NCBI RefSeq assembly: GCF_031769215.1
Contig: NW_026781926.1
Span: 124,001-188,000 of the forward strand
DNA: 64,000 bases
Direction of reading: 5' to 3'
DNA from: Ylistrum balloti
Lineage: Eukaryota
Notes under the pieces: model-generated
Told to the model about the DNA's origin: nothing
Database searches by the model: none
What the model saw: the letters and a program-made list of their open reading frames with translations, nothing else
Shown: in pieces, positions 50,501 to 64,000 of the stretch
How the letters are laid out: each line of letters opens with the position of its first letter
Numbering within the stretch: the first letter of the stretch is position 1
Position numbers and translations under genes: made by a program

Positions 50501-53236
50501 AGTAGTTATGAGTGGGGTTAGGTAGGATCATAGGTTTAGGCAGAAATGAGAGTTTAGGTAGGATACAGGTTTGCAGTAGACACAAGGGTTTTGGTAGGTA
50601 GAGTTAGGATTTGAGTAGGCAAAAGAGAAGGGAAAGGGGATTAGGTAAGCATAAGCATGAATAGAGGGTCTGGAATAAGGGCTTAGGTATACAATCTTAT
50701 GTTTATGTGTATATTTTTGTTAACTATTGGTAGATATAGTTTACATGACCCATTTAAGACAAAACAGATATTGAAGACATAGAGATATTGAAATGGTATT
50801 CGTAAACAAAGGATTAGCTCCCTTCATCAATTACAATTACCTTTATATTGTAGAGAAAATCAAATGAAATCATTTCATGAAAATATTTGATGATGTATGC
50901 ATATTCTTGTTATAAATTTGCAGTTTGAAAGCCATCAATGGTAGCCATGCTTTGGCCCTAGCAGCAAAACATTATTCTGTACCGGTAAGTTTTATTTATG
51001 GTAGCTTTTAATGATGGGGAAACTGATGGTTAACTCTTTTTGGTAATGTTACAGTGGAGGGATGATTTATCAGTACATGATAAAAACTTTTTCTGGGAAA
51101 CAGGTGTTACAATATACATGTACTCTTGTAACAATAAAACTGCTGACCATTGTTGAGGACTGAATTATGTACGAGGAATTATCACTGGATTGAGATGACA
51201 GAACTACACCATATATTACTGAATTACTACTAGGTATAACAGAATTACCACTCTATATTACTGAATTTCCACTCCATAATACAGATTTACCACTGGATAT
51301 GGTAGAATTGACAATAGATATCACAGAATTACCACTATATATTTCTAAATTACTGCTCAATATGGCAGTGTTACCATTAGATATGGCATTGTTACCACTA
51401 GAGGTTACTAAATTAACCACTAGATATGCAGAATCACCACTATATATTACAAAATTACAGCTTAATATGACAGAACTACCACTAGATAAGCAGATTAACC
51501 ACTATTTAATATTGACATACCACTATATTTGACAGAATTACCACAAGATATGACAGAATTACAGCTGTATTTACTGAATTTATTGACTGTTGAATAGATG
51601 TTGCAACATTAATTAGATTTAAAAGGTTGGTTAGTGGGGTGGCAGTGGTAACACACTTGCTTTTCACTGAGGCAGCTGTGGTTGGATTACATGAACAGAT
51701 GTAAAAAGGGTATTTGGTCGCCTGCCTGATCTCATGGGTTTTCCTCGGGTACTCCTCCTGCAGTAAGACTTTTCATGCTTCCTTCTGGGCCAACAAGCAT
51801 AAGTCAATGTTTGAAAAACTTGTTGCACAGTGGTTGAAATATAGATAAGGTTCAATCTCATAATAATTGAAACACAGGAATGATATTTACTGTGAATCTT
51901 TATCTTTACAGTTGATAGTGTGTGCAGCCATGTTTAAGTTATCACCACAGTACCTCTGTTCCTACGATCAGGTAAGGGAGACAACTTCACACTGTCATTA
52001 GCATAATGTATATTGTAAACCCAAAACTGTCTTTATCTATGTCCTATCACAGTTGTACGTGTAGTCCAACATCAACGCTACTTCAGTAAATGTGATAGGT
52101 ATTAGCTCGTGATGCAAGCTAGTGAATCAAGTTATTTAGCTCACTGATTATGTTGACATCAAGATCCCACCCCTAAACTTTGGTTAAGCATTTGGAAGTA
52201 ATTTTTAATGCAGTTTAAATCTGGATTGATTTTTTTGGGGGTGGGGGATATTATCACTTACTTTTTTAACATCAAATTTCTCTGAAATTTTTGGCCAAAA
52301 GAATTATCAAAAAAGCATTTCTCAGTGGCTGCTGCCATTTAGCTCAGCGATCATTGATTATACTTATTTGTTGTACTGTACAGTAATGTTGTTGATGCAG
52401 ATGTCACTGTCTGGGTCTGTAATATTTCTTAATATAAAAGTAAGCAACGTTAAACAAATAAATTCACAATGTTCCAGATCAACCTATGAATTCAATTTCA
52501 AATTTTTAACATTTTGTCCTGGAGTTTTTCACTTGCAGTTCACCATCATATATTAATGTTTTCATACTGAAAGGATATATAAAAGTTAGTTCAAAATGAT
52601 AAATAATAATATTTAGCAATAATACAATAATTTTGTATGTAAATTTGGAAAACTTCTTGATATGCAATTGACAATATGATCGTATTAAGAGTTTTCTGTT
52701 GTTCTTTGGGTACACATCATTTGCAGATTTACAGTAGTATTTCTTTTAGGTTGTAGAACGGCTAGGCTGACAGGTAAAAATTCTATTTACCATGATATAA
52801 CCATCAGACAAGAAGTGATATTTCTAATGCTGTGTTTCTTCTCACAGGATGCCTTTAACAAATTTGTGAGTCCCCATGATGCCATGAACTTCTCTGAGGG
52901 CGAGATTTTATCTAAGGTCCAGATAGCCAACCCAGTATTTGACTATGTACCACCAGAACTAGTTACACTCTTTGTCTCCAATATGTAAGTTGGACATCAT
53001 CCTAATTATAATGTTTGGACTAGCAAGTTTACATTAATGAGATTGATATAATTTTGAAGTACCATCATAAATTTCTCAAGTGATATGATTTAAGCATATT
53101 TAAAAAATATTAATTCTGAATGAAATTTTGTGTTATTAAAATGTAACTTTTTATCTTTTCCAGTGGCGGAAATGCACCATCTTATGTGTACAGACTTTTA
53201 AGTGAACTTTACCATCCAGAGGACCATGAACTTTGA
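44585..53236 (+). CDS. EIF2B2: Translation initiation factor eIF-2B subunit beta, 13 exons, 353 aa
   Basis: Exons 44585-44658, 45289-45375, 46349-46468, 46724-46772, 47676-47735, 48219-48268, 48799-48895, 49704-49763, 50171-50304, 50924-50984, 51912-51971, 52848-52984, 53164-53236 (1062 nt). Motifs [93 protein letters not shown] at 53253-53258. Confidence 0.97.
45667..45997. repeat. 27-bp VNTR, 12 near-perfect copies (EIF2B2 intron 2)
   Basis: Unit AAGAACTGTGTATRACCACACCTACAT. It explains ORFs 45609-46048. Confidence 0.96.
46790..47330. repeat. Degenerate G-rich tandem repeat (EIF2B2 intron 4)
   Basis: Recurrent GGAAGTGTTCTACCATAGGGTGG-like units. Confidence 0.7.
47880..48046. mobile_element. 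Tc1/pogo-type MITE (EIF2B2 intron 5)
   Basis: TACTGTATTTATCCTG left end; internal GGGCTTATTA repeats; decayed right end CATTGCAGTATGAATACCGGGTA. Confidence 0.5.
50310..50690. repeat. Degenerate G-rich tandem repeat (EIF2B2 intron 9)
   Basis: Recurrent AAGGGTTTAGGTAGG-like units. Confidence 0.6.
51175..51580. repeat. Degenerate 21-bp tandem repeat (EIF2B2 intron 10)
   Basis: Unit resembling GAATTACCACTAGATATGACA. It explains heptad ORF 51299-51532. Confidence 0.8.
51634..51880 (+). mobile_element. tRNA-derived SINE with Deu/Nin-like central motif (EIF2B2 intron 10)
   Basis: GTGGCAGTGGTAACAC head; GGGTTTTCCTCGGGTACTCC central motif; GGGCCAACAAGC...AACTTGTTGCACAGTGGTTGAAATA tail. Confidence 0.6.
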
Positions 53237-53674
53237 TCTTGTGTTGTGCAAAAATAAAAAAGTGACATTATCGTATCATTCTACAGCAGAAATCATGAAT
53301 CCTTGTGGCATGTTCTGTGAACACAATTTAAAATTTGAGTATGTGACGTGTTAATTTTTTTTTTAACTTGTGTCAGGTAGATGTAAAATTGTTCAAAGCT
53401 GTAACCATTGTTACTCCCTGTCACAACCATCAAAAAGCATTTAGGTGAATGGCTGTGTGTGTTTACAGTCTGCATATGTTTGACCAAAGGTAAAGCCTGG
53501 CAATATCTAGAAAGAGTTACTTCCCTTCAGTCAGCAATGAAAAATTTGTTCACTCTTAACCAAGTACAAAGCCTGGTGATACCTAGAAGGAGTTACTTCC
53601 CTTAAAGGTCATCAAAATGTAAGAGTGTGAAGGGCTGTGTACTTTTAAGCAGAGTTGGCTTGGTTTATCATGCT

Positions 53675-53936
53675 GTAAACAGCCAGTTTATTTTGAGACA
53701 GAGTAATTAGTCGCTACTTCACTGGAAAAAGTACTGGAAACCTGTCTACTGCTATCTACAGCAATTAGGGTAAAGTGTCTTGCCCAAGGACACAATCATA
53801 CCAGCACAGATGATGCATCTCTTAATTTCCTGACAAACACAAACCGCCACAGGTTGTGAGCTTTCCACCATGCACCTTGAATATTCCCCTTATGTCTTGT
53901 AGGCCAATGCTTTACCAACTTAGCTATCTTGGTCCC
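53675..53936 (-). mobile_element. CORE-type tRNA-derived SINE
   Basis: Minus-strand head GGGACCAAGATAGCTAAGTTGGTAAAGCA (A box). CORE-like AAAGTGTCTTGCCCAAGGACACAA at about 53770-53795. Same family as 19650-19830. Confidence 0.65.
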
Positions 53937-54674
53937 TTTATCGCACGCAAAGCCTGACCATGTTGGCTGCACTTCTTTCTGTTGCAGGGTATCAGTAACA
54001 CAATTTGCAGTCCTGCTTGGTCCATCCTGTTTTCTGTATTGATATAACAATTTGATAAAGAATTGGTTGTGAGACAACTGTAAATGAGAATTGTTTCTAA
54101 ATGATTTCATTAAGCAGTTTCACCTGCTGCTTCTTCCCAGAAATCATCATGTGATGTCTTGTGCAAGATGATCAAGTCTTTGTTTCATGCATGAGTGTAC
54201 CCAGTGACACTCTGTCTAGTAAACAAGTTAAACTGTTCCTTGTTGACCACCTGCTGATGTCTCGTTCCATGAATATCATTTCATATGTTATATAATTATC
54301 TGCCATATCTATAGATGTATTTACCTTGTCACTGAAGTCCTCTGCAAGAGGTAGAAATAGTTTCAAGGGATATGGAAATTTGATCCAAAAGTATTGATCA
54401 CCAACAGTTTTTACACACAATGTAAAAGTAACCTTTGGATGTCATTGCATTTGTTGGAAGTGATCTGATATTGTTTATTTGATCAGTTGAAGGCTGATTT
54501 CAGAAAATCTAAATTTAGTTTTCATATCAACACAATGAAAAAAACACCTTTGCCAGTAAGGCAAAAATGAAAGATACATTTGAAAATACATGTATAGCTG
54601 AATTTTAAAAGGCTGGAAAGATAAAAAATGACAAGAAAGTATATTTTCAAGATTTTATTCTCAAAATAATTGCT

Positions 54675-54803
54675 NNNNNNNNNNNNNNNNNNNNNNNNNN
54701 NNNNNNNNNNNNNNNNNNNNNNNNNNNNNNNNNNNNNNNNNNNNNNNNNNNNNNNNNNNNNNNNNNNNNNNNNNNNNNNNNNNNNNNNNNNNNNNNNNNN
54801 NNN
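54675..54803. other. Assembly gap (129 N)
   Basis: Run of N. Confidence 0.99.
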
Positions 54804-55649
54804 TTGTGTTAGCACTAACACACCAATAATGAGATGACTCTAGCTAAGTTACACTCGTATACATACAGAATCACACATTTACAGGCAGATAGAAGGGTTA
54901 GTTCTGCTTAACCATCAAAACTGGTAACTGAACACAGTTTTTGTTGAATCAAGATTAAATCAGCCATAACAGAACCTCATTAGACTGAACATTTAAGTTT
55001 CTAAAAGTAATTTATTTGACGGATGAAAGACTTATTTTCCCTTTATTTCAAAATACCATATTTTTCAAAATTTTTAAAAGTAAAGTTCAGAATTCTGAGG
55101 AAATGCTGAAATTTTGTGCTTCGTAGTTACAAGTTGCCATTTAGTATGGTGAAAAATGTTTGAAAATATTCTTTGAAATGTTACAGTAAATTGGAATGTC
55201 TACATAAGTTTACATACATGAAAGGGTTTAGTAAGACTTTGGAAGACTGATTTGAAACTACTTCAATTGAGATTTCATTTATACAAATTAAAATTTGACC
55301 ATTATGGATAAATGTTAAAGCTATTTTGAACACAGAGTAAGAATGCAAATGTACTTAAATTGATTGACCGATCCCTAGATTTTTGCAGGGACATTTCTTA
55401 AACCTATAAATGTAGTATCGAGCTTGTAGCAGACTTCCTCAATTACAAGACTTATCATCCTGAGGAGGCCATGCTCAAGATGGGACTTTATACTTGGACA
55501 CCATGTACTTTGTTTGTTTGTTTCTTCTTTGGTCATTCTTGGGAGGACAATGTTTGGCATACTGAAAATTTGTGGATATTTAAAGAGTTATAGTTCTTTG
55601 TATCCCCTTGAATCTTGGGGACAGGTTCTTTCCATGAAAAATGGTACAT

Positions 55650-55735
55650 TATACAGGTAGATACTAGCTGTGACCACTTGGCTAGAGCTGAATTTCTCTC
55701 TAGCTGAGCAGTGGAGCAGTGTATTACGACTAGTA
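55650..55735 (+). mobile_element. Diverged solo-LTR fragment of the same family
   Basis: ATACTAGCTG..ACCACTTGGCT..TTTCTCTCTAGCT..GACTAGTA matches the reverse complement of LTR 5627-5777. Confidence 0.6.
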
Positions 55736-58700
55736 TTTGCCCAAGTTGCACAGTTCATTTATTTTTATTTCGACCTTTGTCTTGAGATGGGATACTTTGG
55801 GTTTTATTCCAGTGGAAGAGTCAAGCAATTCAAGCACATGTATAAGAAAGGCATGCTTTCTCAGAGGAATATTTCAAATAACAACAAACTTCACAACCAA
55901 CAGATCTAGAGTAAGCTGCATGCATTCACTTATACTTAGTAATATGGGGTATACATTGTATATCTATAGAAAAAAATATTGCTTGTATTTATTGTGTATA
56001 ATTAACAAATTGTGGGAATAACAAAATAATATTCATGATAATGAAAAATGCAAAAAATGAATTAAAAATTTCTTGAAGTATCAATAAACCAAAATAATAC
56101 AACTTGGGAAATTAAGAAGTTTAAGTAGACGGTGTTGTATGAAAATGAATTTTTAAAATGGTGAATTTAAAAAACAAAATATTAATGGTTGAAGAAAATG
56201 AATTTGGGGAAATAACCCAGAAAGCAGCACCAGTATCAACTTGCAGCATTCACATTTGAAGCAGGCTGTTTTTGTTAATAAGATTTATAATGTAAACATG
56301 CCTAATAAGATAATGAATGATATGACCCTAATGTTAAACTACTACTTCATCTCTCAACAGAAAGCAAAAACGATAACCCTGCATACAAAGTATGAGAAAA
56401 TAAGCAATGTTATACAATGTATATGTATAAAAACTCATTAATCAATATGATACAGATCTGAATCCCCGCCAGTCAGTAATCACATCCAATCAGAACTGTC
56501 GCTGATTCATCACACAATCATATGACAACATTACTAAAAGAGACAGTTTTCAATCCAGAACATGATTACTGTAAGCATACTTATTTTAGTGCAATCAACT
56601 TTCAGCGTATCATCAATTCATAAAATCTAAGTGCAATAAGAATTTATACATTTGCAATAAATGCTATAGAAATGCTAAAATATGTATGTTTACAGTAAAA
56701 TTAAAGCTGGAGCTACACCCTGAACTCAGCAGTTACATGGTAATGTACAAAGACAAACTTTAGTATCTCATGTTTTCAGATCTTTAGGGAAAATAAAAGA
56801 TATCAGAGAGACATTTTATACAATCTGCAAACTAATATCTGAATATATATGTTAATGCAATATAAAATTCAACGAGATAATAATCTAGCTGATATGGGTT
56901 ACGTGTTCACTCTCACACTTATATGGACGGCAGTCTTCTCATCACACATCTAAGAATTTAACAAAATAACAAAAAATAACTCTATATTACAAATATATAT
57001 ACATCTAGTAAGTCACTAACCTTTGCCCTGGAGCGACTGTTGTTATGACAACAGCTCCCTATTGTGTTAAACCCTCTAAAATTTCAAACAATCGTCCCAT
57101 AAAAATTAAAACACCTCTATCAGTTCTTCTTATCATGAAGAAATGAATTTCTAACAAATACAAGTGTACCACTTTGTGTATTTTCATGGTAATCATAAAT
57201 AAATTTTATAAATATATACACTAAAATTGCCAAATTTGTATAAATAAATATAAATATATACAGGATTTCAGTTGTTGTCTATTTGTTTCATTATATTTTT
57301 TCTACGGATATTTGTTTATATATGTACAATAATTCTGTAAGTACTTTACTACAATTCCAACCTATTTTTGTATATAGTGCTATGGATTTCTACTTTGTCT
57401 CGTACACCTATTTAAATTATTCTGAAATACAGAACGGAAGGGCTGTCTACATCACTACCGAATCTGACTTACACCTAAAAAATCATCATGTATCATCACT
57501 ATCATTTATCATGCTCACAAACTTCAATGGGAAATATAAGTGTGAATAGTTAACAGGAATGTTCATACACACATGGAATGTTTATCTATAAACATGCACA
57601 AAAGTTCACATGTACTAGATAAGTAATATAACAAAATTAGTCTGGAATTTCTTCAGAAAAAAGTATAAAGATTGCATGAAACAAAACTGCTGAAGTCCAA
57701 ATAAGTGTTAATGTGTAGCCGGGTAGCATATTGCTAACCATCCCGTAGGTACCTATAAATTGGCCGAGCACTACCTCACTGCCAATATTGGAAATGGTAT
57801 AAAACAGCCAAACCCGGAAACACACAAGGTCAAAGTCATTGACTGGAGTAATCACAGACAGGGGCAACACTGCATTAAGAACTTTATAATCAATTGATTT
57901 CAAAAGAAAAAAAAATCAAAATATATGCCAAACAAAACATAGTTGTGGCAATCACAATAATAGAGTCAGTCACATGAAGGTCATAAAATAGCTTAGTTAT
58001 CTTGACAGCGTGAACCAGTTGCTTTGCATATAAAGTTAGCATAGATCCTATTTTTCTGGAAATAAGCTTGTGCCTGGTAATAAGTGGACCATGCAGTAAA
58101 CTCACCCTAGATGTAATCGGAATCAAAGTTTTATGTTGCTCCTCCCCTCTCCCCCCAACCCACCAAGACTTAAAATAAATATGATATGCTATATACCATA
58201 AGCATAAGGCAGCTCTTGTTTGGCTTTGCTGTTGGTTAATATGTGCAATCAAAATACAGTGGGACTATCAACAATTACATTTTACTATGCAACCTTCAAC
58301 TATAACATACATCAATATCAATAGAATGAACTTTTGATTTCAAAGAGCATTTCATCTTTTGAAGAAAAATAAGTATTTGTTCTCTATGGAATGAAAAATC
58401 TTAACAAAAATAAACAAAAATTGATGAGTTAAATTTAAAATTTTGATGGAATGTTTTAAATGAGATGAAAGCATCGTAATACTACTAGGATATATACATA
58501 ATTAATTGGACGTATATTGCAGTGTTTATACTCAAAACAAAACAGTAGGGCGAGATACACATTGACTGATATTGACTGGGTACCAGGCCCAGAGGACTGG
58601 ACAGGATGGACGGTCAACAAAAGTGTAAAGCTTTCTGTCTCCATTGCTGAAGACCTACGTCAGTCAAGGGAGGTAAATGTTAAAGAAATAGGACAAGAAA

Positions 58701-59093
58701 GGTTATGAGACATGATGTACGAGTATTATAACAGATCTATGTTAAATAGCAGTAATATAACTACTACTTTAAATAAACAAGAGGGAAACATTAAAAATGG
58801 AAGGAAAAAAAACCACAATTGATCGACTTTTCATTTTGATCAGAATGCTGATGACATGTGGATACAATAATAAAAGATGTATTCACTTGGCAATCTTGTG
58901 GCAGTATGGAGTTTGAATTAACAAAGAAATATAGTTACAAGGAATCTCATAATCTTTTGAAATGTAGAACACAACAACAGTCAGATAGCCCTGTCTATTG
59001 AGATGTTCCACATTTTACATATTGTGAGATACTGTAACAGTCAGTTATGGCTTAGGTTAGTTATGTAACTGTCCCATTAAAGGGGTTGATAAT

Positions 59094-60860
<1,767 letters not shown>

Positions 60861-62287
60861 TCAATCAACTCTGCCATTATAGATACTAGATTCCTTAGGT
60901 TTGTGTCGTTTAATTATATTATCTAAGGGTGCTAAGATATTGGACACGAAAACGAAACACTCACTTAAACTATATTGTAGAAAAATATAGAGGTCATTTC
61001 CAAGATTTTACAAGGAAATTTCGAAGATAGAAATGTCTCTCTAACGGGGCTAGCCTCTCCACAAACTAACTCTTTTTATATGAATAAGAACAATGATGGA
61101 CTAGCATCATACGCGAGTTTCCCTTTAAATATGATAGTGGGAATTTAGTACAAGACTTTAAATTCTTTGAATGGTAGTCTATACGTGGTTCTATTTAACA
61201 TCGATTACATACTGTGGTTGAAGTTTAAAAGTCTTATCACTTGCTAATTGTTTATTTTATGGTTCATCGAATCAGCTGCATGTTTACCAGAAAGTTATAT
61301 ACTTCCGCATTAGTTGTATATAAATTTAGACAAAATCAGAGTGCACATTTTATCAAAAATATTCCGAATGTGTCACAAGTGAATCACGCGGGAAACCATA
61401 GCATGACATTGACTTGCGGTTAAGTCAGGCGAGTCCTTTTGGACCTTTTGTGTTTCGTAATCTCTGAAACTCTATAACGGCTAAAGAGGAATTTAGAGGT
61501 CGAATGACGACATTACGGCAAAAATGTGGTGCTCACTTCCCGGGAATATCACGTTCGAATCAGACAATGCACCTGTACAAAGGGGTACGGAATCGGTTGA
61601 TGACTAATTTGCTTTGTGTTGTTGACATATCGGCTTACAAATACTGGTCCGTTATTTATTTGTTACTGGCCTGAAAATGTCTTGTCCGTTGCTCCCAGAG
61701 CCAGTCATTGTGTGAATACTATACCGGTAACTTGTTCTGCTTCAATTCAGCCCAAGCCTTTTGAATTGTAATAGATACGATTCTACAGACACTCCAATTG
61801 ACTGATTTCTATTTTCCTTTACTAGTCTACTTCGCTCTCGGCATGAGAATTGTATGTACACAATCTAGTGGTTGATCAATCGGCATCTTGTAAGTCCTAC
61901 GTGTACTAGGTCTTTACATACCTTATGAGTACGTACCTATACGCAATGTTTAGTATTTACTTAAATACGATACAGTGTGCGTGTTTGTCTTCATTTAGAC
62001 ACAATGCGCCTAGTGTTGCTCAAACATGACGATCCCTCCCCACAGACGTAAGCACTAAAAGATCTAGAGAGGTTTTGAGACTTTAGAATCACCCCGTACC
62101 CGTAAATAAATAAATTTTAAAAATGTATTTCTGAATACACGAGGTCCTTTATAATTTTCGAAGGAAGACATTTCGTAAAGATAGTAAGGACATCTAGGAC
62201 ACTACGTGTGATTCTTACTCTTCAAAAGTTTGCAAAAACACGAAGTTACAAGAAAGTTTGATATTCTGTTCATCTCGTTCGTGTACA

Positions 62288-62343
62288 ATTTTTTTTTTTT
62301 TTTTTATTTTGTTTTTTTATTATCATTTTTTTTTTTTTTTTTT
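62288..62343. repeat. Interrupted poly(T) tract
   Basis: Two long T runs separated by short interruptions. Possibly a decayed poly(A) tail of a minus-strand retroposed sequence. Confidence 0.75.
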
Positions 62344-64000
62344 ACAATTTCTTATATTCAAAGTTACTCCAGGAAACCATAGAGATTGATATCGTATGAA
62401 AGATACTATATACAGAAATATAAGCGGTGGGTAGGGTAGGTATTATTTAACAAAATCATCAAACGGAGGAACTATTGTGACCGCAGACTAAATGAATCAT
62501 TGTCGGAATTACAAGGTACACGACTGTACACTCGGCTGAGTGAGCACGTTCCCCATTAATCGACCGACAAGTCTTGTACACGACTGATACATTTTTTGGA
62601 ATAAATAAGAAGATCCGGATTTAGACTTAACTTTTTTAATGAGTGATTTTAACAGCCAAACATTAAGGTATCGACGGCTGAGTATAGACTAATGGTCTGT
62701 TCAATCACCGTGACACCTTACATATATATGTATTCAAAGCACAGATTAATGAGACGATAATTTTTCATTTTAAATATTTGCAAGTGATGACTTGACTAGT
62801 CACTAAATTAATCAGTTCGGGAAATTTAACATAAATGTATTTCGACAACGAAGGAAAAAAAATATTAATCTGTCTACCTTTAAAGTTCTGGCAATATCAA
62901 ATTACACGTACGTCCTCTTCAACACAAAAATTCTCTACTTTTAAACTTCAAGCGTGTATTTTCAACTCTAATAAACGATTGTTTTGTTTGGGGTTTTTTT
63001 TTAACTTTTGTTTAAAATGATGATTTTTACTCCGTGTTTTTGTTTTCAAATAAACAGCAAGCTGCCATGTATTCGTGTCGAATCTGCTCTATTTTTGGGT
63101 ACATTTAAATGTCTCTATACAACGGGACATTGTGGCCATAAGGCTAGATCTAACGGTAAATATATTGTACAGGCAACAAATCACACACAAGCTATGGAAG
63201 CTATATAGGTCGGCGGGTGTACAAAACCTTGCCACAGGTAAATACCGTTTGTACAGGTAGGGAATGTGAGATTTACAGGTAACCAGCTCGTGTAACGGGT
63301 TCCGCGTGGACTTGTGTGTAAACAATCAACACGGAGCGCTAGTAACCAGGCACGCCTGGACAAGAACCTTCTCCCCCTTTGTTAGTGCCAGGCATTTAAA
63401 GTTGATGCTCTATTTGTTTACAATAATCAATAGATTGTCCCTATGGTAACGTTAGTAACATTTAAATCTATGATGGTCGCTAAAAGGCCCCGTGAACACG
63501 TGGTGGGTGTTGGGGCCTTAGCGTGCGGTGGCGGGCAAATAAAGTATGGGAATGTACAAAATATAGCAATGGCTACGATTATTTACAAGTTCGCCTGTGT
63601 TCAGTTTTGTCTTGATCTTTCCAATATCGTGACATAATTTAGATAAATGCTTACAAATAAACATATCCTGTTGCAAATATTTAAATCTGAATAGATTGCG
63701 GAAGATTTTTTTTTCAATTACATGTCAACAATTCTCTTGTAAGTAAGACCCAATAATTACATTATTAAAACGTATTAAACGACAGTGAATTCATGTTGAA
63801 CAAAGTTGTTTAGAATACATCGAGATTAAATGGTAATTGTGGGATTAAATACCGTTTAGACAGGACATATCTACACTACTACATGACATGTACTTTGTAA
63901 CGGTATGACACCAGGGGACCTTTAACTGAAAAATCAATTCATTTATTGATCTCACAATAGAAATTGTTTCCCTTTCCTGGTGTGGACTTTAAATTTTAAA

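Noticed and set aside
51299-51532. Leucine-rich heptad ORF
   Set aside because: Product of a degenerate 21-bp intronic repeat.
54522-54821. 99-aa ORF
   Set aside because: Spans the N gap; artefact.
61535-61575. Possible ZNF367 finger-1 exon
   Set aside because: No frame gives CxxC...HxxxH; the real exon is presumably beyond the window.

Overview
AT-rich eukaryotic (invertebrate animal) genomic DNA, probably a bivalve mollusc (inferred from SINE families and intron style). Six protein-coding loci were reconstructed by hand from GT-AG exon chains with consistent intron phases: MTREX/MTR4 (minus, 25 exons, 1030 aa), TXNDC12 (plus, 7 exons, 164 aa, head-to-head with MTREX), an intronless Tctex1-domain dynein light chain (minus, 202 aa), SETD9 (minus, 5 exons, 282 aa), EIF2B2 (plus, 13 exons, 353 aa, head-to-head with SETD9) and the last three exons of ZNF367 (minus; upstream exons not found in the window). 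Most ORF-track entries are exon fragments, antisense shadows or translated minisatellites. The most unusual structure is MTREX intron 16. There the exon-16/intron junction has been amplified into a 55-bp-period array carrying six extra AAG|GTAAC donor sites. Inserted into that array is a 392-bp TRIM-like LTR retroelement (two LTRs, tRNA-Lys-like PBS, PPT-like tract, 4-bp TSD) whose LTRs contain a tRNA-derived Pol III promoter. No CRISPR, rRNA or intact tRNA gene was seen. There is one 129-N assembly gap. Comparisons with human/yeast proteins and repeat families are from memory; no database was searched.
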